A DNA stretch of 64,000 bases from Kiritimatiellia bacterium (GTDB lineage: Bacteria > Verrucomicrobiota > Kiritimatiellia > JAAZAB01): NCBI GenBank assembly GCA_028718125.1, contig JAQUMN010000005.1, positions 3,784-67,783 of the forward strand, given 5' to 3'. A program made the position numbers and the translations under genes. The notes under the pieces are model-generated. The model was given only the letters and a program-made list of their open reading frames with translations, had not been told where the DNA came from and ran no database searches. Positions 1 to 10,046 of the stretch are shown in pieces (the first letter of the stretch is position 1; every line of letters starts with the position of its first letter).

Positions 1-922
1 CATCGCGATTGGAGTATTTCGGCGCGAAACCGAGATTTTTCTCCGCTTTTTCGATGGAGACAAACGATTCCTTGCCGGCGGTCTCGTAAATCCACTTATA
101 TAACGGCGATAATCGCATCGATTCCAGCAAGCGCAGGATCAGAATTACCGGTCGCTCCGGCAGCGATACGATCCGTTTGCCGTGTCCGGCTTCGTCAAGC
201 ACGGCCTGAAAATCCGAACGTGGCGTTCCGAATGCCTTTGCGCCGATATTGAACGTGTCGTTGGCAATATCCTCCGGCAATGTGGCGCAGAGCCAGATCG
301 CTTCGCACAGGTCTTCCACGTCCAGATATTGATACGGGTTGTTGCCCGGGCCAAGGATGGGAAAATTATGTCCGTCCCTGGCCCATTCATAGAGCATGGC
401 AAAAACGCCCAACCGCTCCGGGCCAATGAACGATTTTGGCCGCACAATCGGCAGGCACATTCCGTCGCTACGGTTCTCTTCGCAGAGCGCCTCGGCCAGC
501 ACTTTCGCTTCCCCGTACGGGCCGACTCCTTCGAGTTCGTCGGTTTCGAGAAGCGGATGGTGGTCGGGAATGCCATAGACGGCCGTGGAGGAAATATGAA
601 TAAACCGTTCTACTTTTTGGCGCGCGGCTTCCTCGAGAACCATGCGCGTTCCATCCACGTCGGTGGAATAAATGTCGGCCGGTTTGTAAAGCGGCAAAGC
701 GGCTGCCGCGTGAACGACGATATCGACCCCGTCCATGGCCGCTCGCACGTCTTCGCGTTTGCGGATATCGCCACGAAATGCGCGCACTTGGCCGGCGACA
801 TCGCGATAATCGAACGGGGCGAGGTCGAGGACCGTTACGCGTTGTTGTCTGGCCAGCAAGTGGCGGATAAGATTAATGCCGAGAAATCCGGCTCCGCCGG
901 TAACCAAGAATGTTTTAGTCAT
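1..922 (-). CDS. NAD-dependent epimerase/dehydratase (SDR family); 3' end cut by window edge
   Basis: Manual minus-strand translation from ATG at 920-922: [23 protein letters not shown]... (GxxGxxG Rossmann N-terminus). Absent from the ORF track because no stop lies inside the window. Its ATG overlaps the stop of the upstream gene (ATGACTAA). Confidence 0.75.
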   Translation of the reverse strand, partial: MTKTFLVTGGAGFLGINLIRHLLARQQRVTVLDLAPFDYRDVAGQVRAFRGDIRKREDVRAAMDGVDIVVHAAAALPLYKPADIYSTDVDGTRMVLEEAARQKVERFIHISSTAVYGIPDHHPLLETDELEGVGPYGEAKVLAEALCEENRSDGMCLPIVRPKSFIGPERLGVFAMLYEWARDGHNFPILGPGNNPYQYLDVEDLCEAIWLCATLPEDIANDTFNIGAKAFGTPRSDFQAVLDEAGHGKRIVSLPERPVILILRLLESMRLSPLYKWIYETAGKESFVSIEKAEKNLGFAPKYSNRD

Positions 923-2246
923 GAATTCCCCGACTTTCCAGAGAACCTTCGCCTTCCTGTGATTCGCAAAGGGTCATTAACGTTTTGGCTTCCACATAGC
1001 TGGCGATCCCCGCCGCGACTTTTTTGGCCTCGCGCATGGCCAATACAACCGTGGCCGGGCCGTGAACCACTTCACCGGTCGCGAAGACGCCCGAGCGGCT
1101 TGTTATACCGAAAGGCAGTTCTCGTATGATAACACGGCCGGCTGAATCCACGTTGATGCCGGTTGTCGTGGAAACGATCCGAGCCGCAGGTCGTTGTCCT
1201 ATGGCGATTAAGACTATATCGACGGTCAATTGGACGGACCCTTGATTCAGGCTGACCTTTTCCACGCGATCAGCGCCACAAAACGAATCCACAGCGAGGC
1301 CGTCCCTGAACACGACCCCTTCTGTTTTTGCCGCCGCGATTTCGCTGGGGAGAAAGGAGCACTGCTCGATAGGGTTGCGGGCAACGACACAAACGGATGC
1401 GGCTCCCCGCCGTTTGGCGGCGCGCGCAACATCCACTGCCACATTGCCCCCTCCGACCACCACCACGCGATCGCCAAACCGAACCGGAACAACGCCGGGA
1501 TCGATGCGTGATGTCTCGGCCAGAATGACCATTTGGAGGAAATAGATGGCGGGGACAATACCCGGCAGTTCCTCGCCGGGGACGTTCAACGTCTGGGGTA
1601 GCGCATTTCCGGTGGCGATGCAAATGGCATCGAATCCCTTGGCAAACAGGGTGTCAACCGTGATGTCCGGACCAATCATGACATTGACCTTAAATTCCAC
1701 GCCCAGTTTTCTGAGTTTGTCGATTTCCCTGTGAACGACGTGTTTGGGAAGCCGAAAGGCAGGAATCCCATACATCAGAACGCCACCCGGTTCCGGTTGG
1801 CTGTCGAAGACGGTCAAGGCGAAGCCGAGCTTCGCTAAATCGCCGGCAATGGTCAGGCCGGCCGGCCCGGAACCGATGACCGCGACGTTCCCTTTTTTCG
1901 GCGGCAAGACTTTGCGAGCCGGTCCGAAACCCATTTCCGCGATCATGTCGGCGATAAACAATTCGATCTTGCCGATCCGGATGGCGGCGTTTTTCCGGGC
2001 GAGGATGCAATGCGATTCGCATTGCAATTCATGGGGACAGATTCGTCCGCAAATTGCCGGCAGATTGGTTCTTTGGGCTAAAATCTCGCCGGCTTGCCCG
2101 ATATTGCCGTCGACAACTGCTTGGATAAACCCGGGAATATCGTTTTCGATCGGGCATCCTGTCCGGCAAACGGGCTGGGCGCAATTGAGGCATCGTTTTG
2201 CCTCTTGGACCGCTTCCTGAAGGGTGAAGACATGTTCATCGTTCAT
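915..2246 (-). CDS. NADPH-dependent glutamate synthase beta-subunit-like FAD/NAD(P) oxidoreductase with N-terminal Fe-S cysteines
   Basis: 443-aa [17 protein letters not shown] cysteine cluster, then [11 protein letters not shown] and [12 protein letters not shown] dinucleotide-binding motifs typical of the GltD family. Confidence 0.75.
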   Translation of the reverse strand: MNDEHVFTLQEAVQEAKRCLNCAQPVCRTGCPIENDIPGFIQAVVDGNIGQAGEILAQRTNLPAICGRICPHELQCESHCILARKNAAIRIGKIELFIADMIAEMGFGPARKVLPPKKGNVAVIGSGPAGLTIAGDLAKLGFALTVFDSQPEPGGVLMYGIPAFRLPKHVVHREIDKLRKLGVEFKVNVMIGPDITVDTLFAKGFDAICIATGNALPQTLNVPGEELPGIVPAIYFLQMVILAETSRIDPGVVPVRFGDRVVVVGGGNVAVDVARAAKRRGAASVCVVARNPIEQCSFLPSEIAAAKTEGVVFRDGLAVDSFCGADRVEKVSLNQGSVQLTVDIVLIAIGQRPAARIVSTTTGINVDSAGRVIIRELPFGITSRSGVFATGEVVHGPATVVLAMREAKKVAAGIASYVEAKTLMTLCESQEGEGSLESRGIHD

Positions 2247-2249
2247 GCA

Positions 2250-3563
2250 TCAATCCTTCTTGACGTCCCGGCTATCACCCATTCTCTTGCGCGTGCTCCA
2301 CAGTCCGGCTGAGGGAGTGGCAATGAAGTAGATTTCCTCGCCGTCCGGCATAACATTAAATCCGTTGTGCATTCGTTCCGGATTATAACGGCGCAAGGCG
2401 CTATCCAGGTCCATGTGCTGAAACCCGACGCCATTAATTTCATCTTTAGTAAGATGGCCGGGAGCATAGGTGATGGTAAAACGCCCTTCGGCGGAACCAT
2501 GGATTAAATGCGCCGTGGCGTGCGTCAAATCCCGGAGATCGCCGTTGGCCGGACACGTGCGCCACAAATCCATGATCCGCTCCGTGCCGGCATATCCATA
2601 TTTACGGATAACAGCGTCTACGTCCGGCTGTTCGCCGAATCGTTCCAAGCCCGGCGCGATAATCAGCAACTCTCCACCGTCCGCCATGGCCATGCGGGTG
2701 CGGTAAATCGCTTTGTTCGCCACCCAGGTGCTGTGAAACTCGTTGCCTTGCATTACGGCGACAACCTTTTTGAGCGGAGGAACGATCGTGATGTTCTGTC
2801 GTTGTGACGCCTTGGCGGCTTCCAGATAGGTTTCCGTGTCGTTGCCGGCGTAGACGCCTGTATGCGCGAGGTGGCCGGTGGAATCGTAGGCCATTGTCAG
2901 CAGCAGATAGGCGTCGGGCAGGCGGGTCAGGTATTCCGCCTCGGCCTTGTCATAGCATGTCCGCAGGGGAGTGACAAGGCGTCCAAGGTTGTTTTCGATT
3001 CCGCAGCAGGCTGCCATCATATGGCTGGCGCAAATCGTCGGTTTGCCGCCCAGTCCGATGAAGTAGTTCTTGTTGTGGCTGGCGAAGCCCAACACCTCGT
3101 GCGGCACAACATGGCCGATATGAAGGATCAAATCCCAGTTGCCTTCCAGCAGGAATCGGTTGAGCGCCACGGGAATGGGCCAGTCGGCCTTGCCGCCGGA
3201 AACCTCCCGCACGAACGCGGCCGGCACTTCGCCGATGACCTTCGATCCTTCCCGCCAGTCATGGGCGTGGATGCGCTCCTCCGGTATATTGCCGAACATC
3301 CATCGATTTTGCTCCGACGTGTGGGGCACATGCTGGCCAAGTGTGGGGATGAGATGCACGTCGGCGAACATTGAGAAAATACGGTATAATTCCTCCGTAA
3401 TCCAGCCCGCGCCGCTGTGCGCGCGCGTGATATCGGGAGGCAATAAAAGGACCCGTCGCGGGTTCTTGCGGATGCGCTTCCGCGATTCCTCCGCGAACTG
3501 CCGAACCAGTTCGAGTACGCATTCTTTCGATAGACATTTGGACTCTTCTTTAAACCAGGACAT
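2250..3563 (-). CDS. LarA-like (lactate racemase N-terminal domain / DUF2088) protein
   Basis: 437-aa ORF. Its overall pattern resembles the nickel-dependent lactate racemase family. Assignment rests on recalled family resemblance only. Confidence 0.5.
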   Translation of the reverse strand: MSWFKEESKCLSKECVLELVRQFAEESRKRIRKNPRRVLLLPPDITRAHSGAGWITEELYRIFSMFADVHLIPTLGQHVPHTSEQNRWMFGNIPEERIHAHDWREGSKVIGEVPAAFVREVSGGKADWPIPVALNRFLLEGNWDLILHIGHVVPHEVLGFASHNKNYFIGLGGKPTICASHMMAACCGIENNLGRLVTPLRTCYDKAEAEYLTRLPDAYLLLTMAYDSTGHLAHTGVYAGNDTETYLEAAKASQRQNITIVPPLKKVVAVMQGNEFHSTWVANKAIYRTRMAMADGGELLIIAPGLERFGEQPDVDAVIRKYGYAGTERIMDLWRTCPANGDLRDLTHATAHLIHGSAEGRFTITYAPGHLTKDEINGVGFQHMDLDSALRRYNPERMHNGFNVMPDGEEIYFIATPSAGLWSTRKRMGDSRDVKKD

Positions 3564-3578
3564 GGCGATTCCCTCTCG

Positions 3579-4553
3579 CTAATGGGCTGCTTGTTTTGTC
3601 AGATATTCCCGAACATAACGCCGCACGCCTTCCTCGATGCTCAGGAAGGAGGCGGTGTAGCCAATCCGGCGCGCCTTGGCCATGTCGGCCTGGGTGTGGT
3701 ATTGATACTTGTTTCGGATGGGTGTGGGCATATCGATGAATTTAATCCTTGGCGTCATGTTCATGGCGGCGAACAGAGCCTTGGCCAGGTCGATCCATGT
3801 GCGCGCTTCGCCTGTTCCGCAGTTGAACAGTCCCGATATGTTGGGATGATCGTAGAAAAACAACGTCATGGCGACGGCGTCATCGACATGGATGAAGTCA
3901 CGGTCCTGTTCGCCGTCGCGGCAGTCCGCCCGATACGACTTGAACAGCGTTATTTCGCCTTCGCGCAGGATTTGGGCGTAGGCCTTGTTCACCAGCGAGC
4001 GCATCTCGCCCTTATGATCCTCGCCGGGGCCATATACGTTGAAATACTTCAGTCCCGCGATATTCCGCATGGCGGCGGTCTCCAGCGCCCACAGGTCGAA
4101 CCGATGTTTGGACCGGCCATAGAGGTTCAACGGTTCTAACGTTGCGGTAACGGGATCCTCGTCGGAGTATCCCTTCGCGCCGTCGCCGTAAGTTGCGGCG
4201 CTGGAGGCATAAACGAACCGGGCGCCTATACTCGACGACCACTCGCATAAATCGCGTGTGTATCGATAATTATTATCCTCAAGGTACGCCTCGTTCGTTT
4301 CCATCGTGGAACTGCATGCGCCCAGGTGGAAAATTCCGCTGACTTTCGGCATGCGTCCCTCGCGCAGCCTGGCGCGTAATGCCGTTTTGTCGAGGTATTC
4401 TTCGAACCGGATTCGCTTCAGGTTGCATTGCTTGGCCGGATCGTCCAGATGATCGACGACCATGATGTTCTCGCATCCGCGCCGGTTCAGGGCTTTCACG
4501 AGGTTGCTGCCAATGAAACCGGCTCCGCCGGTGACAAGGATCCCATTTTTCAT
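3579..4553 (-). CDS. hldD: ADP-L-glycero-D-manno-heptose 6-epimerase
   Basis: 324 aa. [18 protein letters not shown] Rossmann start, and overall HldD/RfaD-like length and motifs. Start overlaps the stop of hldC (operon). Confidence 0.8.
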   Translation of the reverse strand: MKNGILVTGGAGFIGSNLVKALNRRGCENIMVVDHLDDPAKQCNLKRIRFEEYLDKTALRARLREGRMPKVSGIFHLGACSSTMETNEAYLEDNNYRYTRDLCEWSSSIGARFVYASSAATYGDGAKGYSDEDPVTATLEPLNLYGRSKHRFDLWALETAAMRNIAGLKYFNVYGPGEDHKGEMRSLVNKAYAQILREGEITLFKSYRADCRDGEQDRDFIHVDDAVAMTLFFYDHPNISGLFNCGTGEARTWIDLAKALFAAMNMTPRIKFIDMPTPIRNKYQYHTQADMAKARRIGYTASFLSIEEGVRRYVREYLTKQAAH

Positions 4554-5053
4554 GTTTTCTTTTCCGCCGCCAAAACGCGGGCAATGGTGTTCGTGGTGGA
4601 TTGACCTTGCACCTTTCGAGCCAGGACCACATGCCCTCCGTTGCGTTCGACCGCTTCGCGTCCGCTAACATAGTGCGCCCAATCTTCTCCTTTTACCAGC
4701 ACTTCAGGCAGAAGCGCCTCCACAATTGCCGCCGGCTTGTCGTCATCGAAAATGACGATATAATCGACCGCCTCCAGCGCCGCCAGCAACAGGGCTCGTT
4801 CCCTCTCGTTGTTAATGGGGCGCTTGGGACCTTTGTTGCGTTTGACGGAGGCGTCCGAATTCAAGCCTACCACCAGCACGTCGCCTTGGCTGCGCGCAAA
4901 CTCAAGGTAACTGACATGTCCCACATGCAGGATGTCAAAACACCCGTTGGTGAATACTAATGTCCGGTTTTCCTTTCGCAACCGCTGACGCTCGATCAGC
5001 ATCTGGTCGAGGTTGAGGATTTTTGTTCGTATAATTTTCACGCGTTCGGACAT
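4550..5053 (-). CDS. hldC: D-glycero-beta-D-manno-heptose 1-phosphate adenylyltransferase (RfaE domain II type)
   Basis: 167 aa. FTNGCFDILHVGHVSYL cytidylyltransferase (H/T)xGH motif and LVVGLNSDASV; sits in a heptose operon with hldD. Confidence 0.75.
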   Translation of the reverse strand: MSERVKIIRTKILNLDQMLIERQRLRKENRTLVFTNGCFDILHVGHVSYLEFARSQGDVLVVGLNSDASVKRNKGPKRPINNERERALLLAALEAVDYIVIFDDDKPAAIVEALLPEVLVKGEDWAHYVSGREAVERNGGHVVLARKVQGQSTTNTIARVLAAEKKT

Positions 5054-5149
5054 TTACTTCTTGATAGTCTTCTTAACATTCCCCGCCCGCTTCGCCTTTT
5101 CTGGCGCTTTTTTCGGCTTGCGCATTGCGCATTTACAGGTCTTGCACAT
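5054..5149 (-). CDS. putative 31-aa Lys-rich CxxC micro-protein upstream of hldC
   Basis: Minus-strand ORF MCKTCKCAMRKPKKAPEKAKRAGNVKKTIKK. An AAGGAAGG RBS lies 7-14 nt upstream of its ATG. Its stop abuts the hldC start codon. Confidence 0.3.
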   Translation of the reverse strand: MCKTCKCAMRKPKKAPEKAKRAGNVKKTIKK

Positions 5150-5287
5150 GGGGTCCCTTCCTTTCCATGGTAGTCATTGTTATTGTTGTATGCTTAACTT
5201 TATTGAGTTTGGTTGTGGCGAACGGGTAATACGATTTCATAAAACGTAATACCATGCAAGCGAAAAACATCATCAGCCATCTGTCGA

Positions 5288-5824
5288 TTGTACGTGGTCG
5301 CGGCGGCGGCATCTTTTCTATTGTTGAGCCGGAGCCCGGAGGGCAACGAGGAATTACGCAGGACACTGGTCGGAGAGATTTTATTGGTGTGTCCCAATGA
5401 GGTTCTGCGCACCTTCGCCTTGTTTGTGGCGGTCGGCACCGTGCATGTCGTCTTTCGCCGCCCCTTCCTGCTTCTCTCGTTCAACCCGGATCGCGGCCGT
5501 TCAGAAAGATTGCGTTTGTGGTTTTGGGATTTTCTTTTTTACGCGCTTTTCGGCGTTGTTGTAACCAGTTTTGTTCGAATGGGCGGCGTGTTACTGGTCT
5601 TCTCGTTCCTCATAATTCCAGCTGTGTGCGCCAATATTTTCGCAAAGTCGTTGAGGACGCAACTTGCCTTGGGATGGCTCGTGGCAACGTTGTCCAGCGT
5701 TGCAGGATTGTATGCTTCATATCGGCTTGATCTGCCGACCGGTGCGGCGATTGTCTGCGCGCTTGGGCTGGCCCTGTTACTGGCAGGAATCGGCCGGGCT
5801 ATAGACATTATGATCAAAAGGTGA
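5288..5824 (+). pseudogene. 5'-truncated metal ABC transporter permease fragment (ZnuB/MntB-like)
   Basis: 178-aa ORF. It matches only the C-terminal half of ZnuB-type permeases (IIPAVCANIFAKSLRTQLALGWLVATLSSVAGLYASY...). No N-terminal half and no partner ATPase/SBP genes are present. It sits at an apparent island boundary. Confidence 0.5.
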
Positions 5825-6035
5825 TTGTAAAAGCAATCCGTTGGGCTATTAACAAATTAATGGATCAACAAAATATTATTGCGGAATATTCTCGCTGTTG
5901 GATGGCGCAGCGGGCAAAGGTAATCGAACTGGTGAAAGCCCGGGGATTGTCATCATCCCGTAGGAGCCGTTCTACAGCAAAAAGGCGGCCACCCGTGTCG
6001 CAGATTAGTCGCGGGGTGTGGAAATGGAATAAGAT

Positions 6036-6791
6036 TCAATATATATGCCACGAGGCATCCAGCCCGTAGAGCTTTTCGTGATCGTGCCGTCGGCCACCCT
6101 TACGGGCCAGGAGGCGGGCCATGTCGTGTTGTCCGTAGGCCTCGGCCCAAGTCAGGGGCGTGTTGCCATTATTGTCGCAGGCGTTAATGTCGGCGCCGGA
6201 ATTCAGCAGACATTTAATACCTTCGATATGGCCCCAAAAGGCCGCCCAATGCAAGGGTGTCAGCCCCTGGGTATAGGTTTTGGATTCGATCTCAGCGCCC
6301 TTATCGAGCAATAAGTACATTGTTTTTGCGTGCCCATATTGTGCGGCGCAGTGCAGGGACGTCAGGCCGAAGACATCCTTGGTCTTGACATCGGCCTTGT
6401 GGGCCAGGAGCAAAGCGACCATGTCGTTATGCCCGGCCAGCGCGGCCAAGTGCAAGGGTGTAATGCCGATGTTGTTGGCGGCGTTGATGTCGGCACCCTT
6501 TTCCAGCAGGAGCTTGACTTCGTCCAGCCGGTTAAACTGGGCCGCCACGTGCAAAGCGGTGGAGCCGTCGTTGGCGATGGGCGCGTTGACGTCGGGAGGT
6601 GCGGGTGCCACAACTTCCGCGTTGGTCACAGCCGTAGCTGTCGGTTCCGGCGCGGTAATATTGGTGACCCCCGCCATGGTATCCTGACTCTCCGAGAGGT
6701 CGGGACCGCCGAAGGTCGAGATGGACAGGCAACAGATCCCCAGCATTGCGATCCATCTAATGGCTTTCATGGTGACTTCCGGAGACAACAC
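6036..6791 (-). CDS. secreted ankyrin-repeat protein
   Basis: N-terminal signal-peptide-like MKAIRWIAMLGICCLSISTFG, followed by at least 5 ankyrin repeats (TPLHLAALAGHNDMVALLLAHKADV, etc.). Confidence 0.75.
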   Translation of the reverse strand: MLSPEVTMKAIRWIAMLGICCLSISTFGGPDLSESQDTMAGVTNITAPEPTATAVTNAEVVAPAPPDVNAPIANDGSTALHVAAQFNRLDEVKLLLEKGADINAANNIGITPLHLAALAGHNDMVALLLAHKADVKTKDVFGLTSLHCAAQYGHAKTMYLLLDKGAEIESKTYTQGLTPLHWAAFWGHIEGIKCLLNSGADINACDNNGNTPLTWAEAYGQHDMARLLARKGGRRHDHEKLYGLDASWHIY

Positions 6792-7331
6792 ACCCCTCTT
6801 TACTAGAGTATTTATACCACGAAAGGCGTCTGGGTATCAAACGTTTTCAGACAGCGCTAAAAGAGATGCATTATCACTGCTTTCTAAGATAATCAGCCAC
6901 GGACTTGCCTACAGTGCAATCCGTCAGCCGACGGATTGCAGGCGGGTGGACACTGATTAAGCGGGCTGGTGCTGGTGATCGTTGGACCGGCCATGTTATT
7001 CTGGCTGTGGGTGCTGGGCCGGACGATTTGCGGACTGGAAGCGCGGATATGACTGGCAGATAGCCGAAGCATATTATGCATATTATGCCGCTCGATGCCG
7101 CTCGATTTACGCTTGCTCCTCCTCGGCTACCGTTGTATGCTCGCGGCATACTGGATAAAACGCTATTCGTTAGGCATGAGATGAGATGAAAATATGGAAT
7201 GGCCAGAATGCCAGGATGATCCGCTTCATTGCAAAGCGGTAATTTGATGGCGCACGGTTTTGCTCAGTATCGGATTTTTTCTTTCGACGATGGCATCCGA
7301 GGCTTACTGTCGTTAGTATTGCAGGAACAAC

Positions 7332-8077
7332 TTGAAAAGCCCTCACGAGTGGCTGAACAAGATTGACCTACTGGCCGGGACCTCGACCAACGGGATCGTT
7401 ATTCACAACAGAATTCAGCAACTCTCCCTTTTTTTACCTTCACCGCAAGATATAAAAACCCGGCCGATTTCACATTTAGACCAAAGTGTGAAACAGATGG
7501 CCGAAAATGAGGAAAATCCAAGCGGGAATCTTGCGGAAAACAGCCCGAATTCCGCAAATGTGAAATTATCTGTCGAAATGCCTCTTGGCAACATGCCTGC
7601 CGATACTGGGACACAGCCACACGAAGTAATATCTCTCACCGACACTCGTGTAAACGCACAGATGCCAAGCCCCGCTCCCGCGCAAAAGCGCAGAAAGCCG
7701 CTACGGCATTATGAACAATTCGGGGAGACGATCCGCTATCTCACGTGGGATGAGTGGCATAAACTTCTCGATTGCATTGAGGATTACCGGCACAAGCTGA
7801 TTATTTCAGAAATACGAAATACGTGAAAAAGGCCGGTCCGGATCGAGAATACGGGAATGACTCGAAGGGGCGAAAGCTCCAACTGATAACCTCACACTCG
7901 CTTCGCCACAGCCATATCATGCACTATATCCACATTCACAAATTGTCTTTGTCAATTGTCCAGAAGCAGGTCGGCCATCGAATGCTGAAAGCAACAAGCG
8001 TGTATTTGAACCCATCCGAAGAAGCGGTTGCCAATGCTTATAACGCTGTAACGAGAGACGATCACCCTTCAGTCTGA
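7332..8077 (+). pseudogene. degenerate tyrosine recombinase/integrase (frameshifted, internally deleted)
   Basis: Two overlapping ORFs (7332-7826 and 7823-8077) in different frames. The first ends ...LTWDEWHKLLDCIEDYRHKLIISEIRNT (catalytic-domain start, RISE-like box I). The second carries HSLRHSH (HxxR box II) and the ...VYLNPSE tyrosine region. N-terminal part is low-complexity and not integrase-like. Confidence 0.45.
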
Positions 8078-8335
8078 ATCAGAGAGCCAAGACGTAACTT
8101 TTCCTGATGTCAGATATTCAAACGCCTTCTGCAATGCCAGAATGGCCTTCGGAATCTCCCTGATGCTCATGCCCTGCGTTCCCCGCCAGCGACCGTCCTT
8201 ATCCCTATAACGAACCTCAAGAACCACCTTGGGGATTTCGATTTCCTGGCCATCCTTCATCGTCACGAGATTCCGGAATATGCTGACCCTGCAGGGGCCG
8301 ACCATGATGATCTTCTCGGGTGGGTTGTTCCGCAT
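8069..8335 (-). CDS. PC4/YdbC-like ssDNA-binding protein (tentative)
   Basis: ...EIEIPKVVLEVRYRDKDGRWRGTQGMSIREIPKAILALQKAFEYL resembles the bacterial PC4-like single-domain ssDNA binders found in phage/ICE modules. The start codon is uncertain (8305, 8335 or 8416). Confidence 0.4.
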   Translation of the reverse strand: MRNNPPEKIIMVGPCRVSIFRNLVTMKDGQEIEIPKVVLEVRYRDKDGRWRGTQGMSIREIPKAILALQKAFEYLTSGKVTSWLSDSD

Positions 8336-8756
8336 ATTCCTTAGCAATCTGTATGACCTATTGGATAGGTACAGTAATAGATACAGGACTGGAATGGCCT
8401 CTATCCGTACGGTCATAAGTCATAAAGCATCGCAAGTATTTAAGCGTTGTCCTTCCGGAGTGAAAACACTCAATCGCTAAACCGGAAGATTTATAAGCCT
8501 GATTTCCCTTCCACTCCTGACAAACGATTCATGAGCAGGAGTTTCCTGTTCGCCTAAATCGTACCGCGCATGCGGAACGTGGCGCTGACGTGGATGTTGC
8601 CGCATCCGGAGCGTCTTTGCTTCTCAAGCACGGCAAATTCATTCGGAGCGCAAGCTCCCATTCACTCAACACGGAAAGGAGGTGTTTCCACCGTTATTCC
8701 GGCCAACCGGAACACCTTGCTCATGAGTCAAAACACAAACCGAAAGGAGCCGTTCA

Positions 8757-9113
8757 ATGAACAAGTTCATAGGTGTCGGCACTCTGCCGAGAAACGGGAT
8801 TCTAAACGGATCGGACAAGAAAGTTCTCCGGTTCACACTGGCCACATTAATCGGCCGCAACAAGAAAACGAAGAAAGACATCTGGTCGTATGTGCCCTGC
8901 GTGGTCTTCAAGCCATCGGAGGGGACCATCAACCTTCTGACCGTGGACACCAAGGGTGTGATGATCGGGCTGGAAGGCCGGGTTAACACATCCAAGTATG
9001 AGGCCAAGGACCACACGACGAAGTACTCAACTGAGGTCGTGGTTGACGAGCGAAGCATTAGGCTTCTCCAAATCACTGTCGGCGGAGAACCGGCAAAAGA
9101 CAAGGTGGCGTGA
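8757..9113 (+). CDS. ssb: single-stranded DNA-binding protein
   Basis: MNKFIGVGTLPRNG...VPCVVFKP...LEGRVNTSKYEAKDHTTKYSTEVVVD: the canonical SSB OB-fold pattern. An AAAGGAG RBS lies upstream. Confidence 0.8.
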   Translation: MNKFIGVGTLPRNGILNGSDKKVLRFTLATLIGRNKKTKKDIWSYVPCVVFKPSEGTINLLTVDTKGVMIGLEGRVNTSKYEAKDHTTKYSTEVVVDERSIRLLQITVGGEPAKDKVA

Positions 9114-9116
9114 TGT

Positions 9117-9578
9117 ATGAACTACGTCACGGCGCTGATTCAGCTGCCGCTCATCAGGGAGACCCGGAAAGAACGAATCCGGACTCCCGAAGATGTGGCG
9201 CGAGTGTGCTCTGACATTCGAGATCTGGCCCAGGAGACATTCCACGTCCTGATGCTGAATGCCAAGAATAACCTGATCAATCGGATCATGGCGACGGTTG
9301 GAATTGTGGATGCGTCCCTGGTTCATCCCAGAGAAGTCTTCAGGCAGGCGGTAGCGGAAAACGCGACGGCGGTTGTGCTCGTGCACAATCATCCTTCCGG
9401 CGATCCGACACCCAGTGCTGAAGATGTCAGAGTAACACGACAAATAGTCGAGGCTGGCAGGATTCTCAGAATATTGGTGACGGATCACGTCATTATTGGC
9501 CGGGAGTCGGAATCGTCACGCGGATTCCTGAGCATGAGAGAACAGGGCCTGTGCGACTTCACAGGGAATAAATCATAG
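9117..9578 (+). CDS. radC: RadC-like JAB/MPN domain protein
   Basis: HNHPSGDPTPSAEDVRVTRQI and the VTDHVIIG JAMM-like motif; 153 aa. Follows ssb by 3 nt. Confidence 0.8.
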   Translation: MNYVTALIQLPLIRETRKERIRTPEDVARVCSDIRDLAQETFHVLMLNAKNNLINRIMATVGIVDASLVHPREVFRQAVAENATAVVLVHNHPSGDPTPSAEDVRVTRQIVEAGRILRILVTDHVIIGRESESSRGFLSMREQGLCDFTGNKS

Positions 9579-9593
9579 AAGGAGGTGATTGTC

Positions 9594-9794
9594 ATGTATT
9601 CCCCGAAAATATCCGAGGACCTTGTTCACGCTTTATATTTCGCGGCAAAAGATCGAAAAATGCCGATGACACGGCTCGTGGACGGCATCATCCGAGCAGC
9701 CCTCGCCTCAAACAGCCTGCCTCAGGGGAAGCTGGGCACCTGCCAACCGACAGGCAGCCTCCCTGCATCAGAACCGTGCAATGCGGTGGCCTGA
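9594..9794 (+). CDS. hypothetical small protein
   Basis: An AGGAGGTGA RBS at 9580-9588 precedes the ATG at 9594. No recognisable domain. Confidence 0.35.
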   Translation: MYSPKISEDLVHALYFAAKDRKMPMTRLVDGIIRAALASNSLPQGKLGTCQPTGSLPASEPCNAVA

Positions 9795-9982
9795 ATCCCG
9801 TCGCCTCTGCTATCACCGGAACTGGAAGCCGTAAAAGTCTATTTAAGGGGCGCATTATGCCCCGAGATGGTCAAATACCGGTTTTCGATGCATCCGGAAC
9901 AAGTAGGTTAACACGCGGAAATAAGGCCTGAAACAAGCCAGAAATAAACGATTCCGGTCTATTCCGACCGGAACAAAGGTTG

Positions 9983-10027
9983 AAAGGGCGGTTTACCCGG
10001 TAAAACGGGCAACCGCCCTTTCTTTTT
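9983..10027 (+). terminator. rho-independent terminator
   Basis: GAAAGGGCGGTT..loop..AACCGCCCTTTC hairpin followed by a TTTTT run. Confidence 0.6.
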
Positions 10028-10046
10028 GCAGGAAAGGAATTGTGCC

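Noticed and set aside
182-1129. 315-aa plus-strand ORF
   Set aside because: It lies antisense to a convincing SDR epimerase CDS (1-922, minus). It has no domain resemblance and looks like a typical GC-rich antisense ORF.
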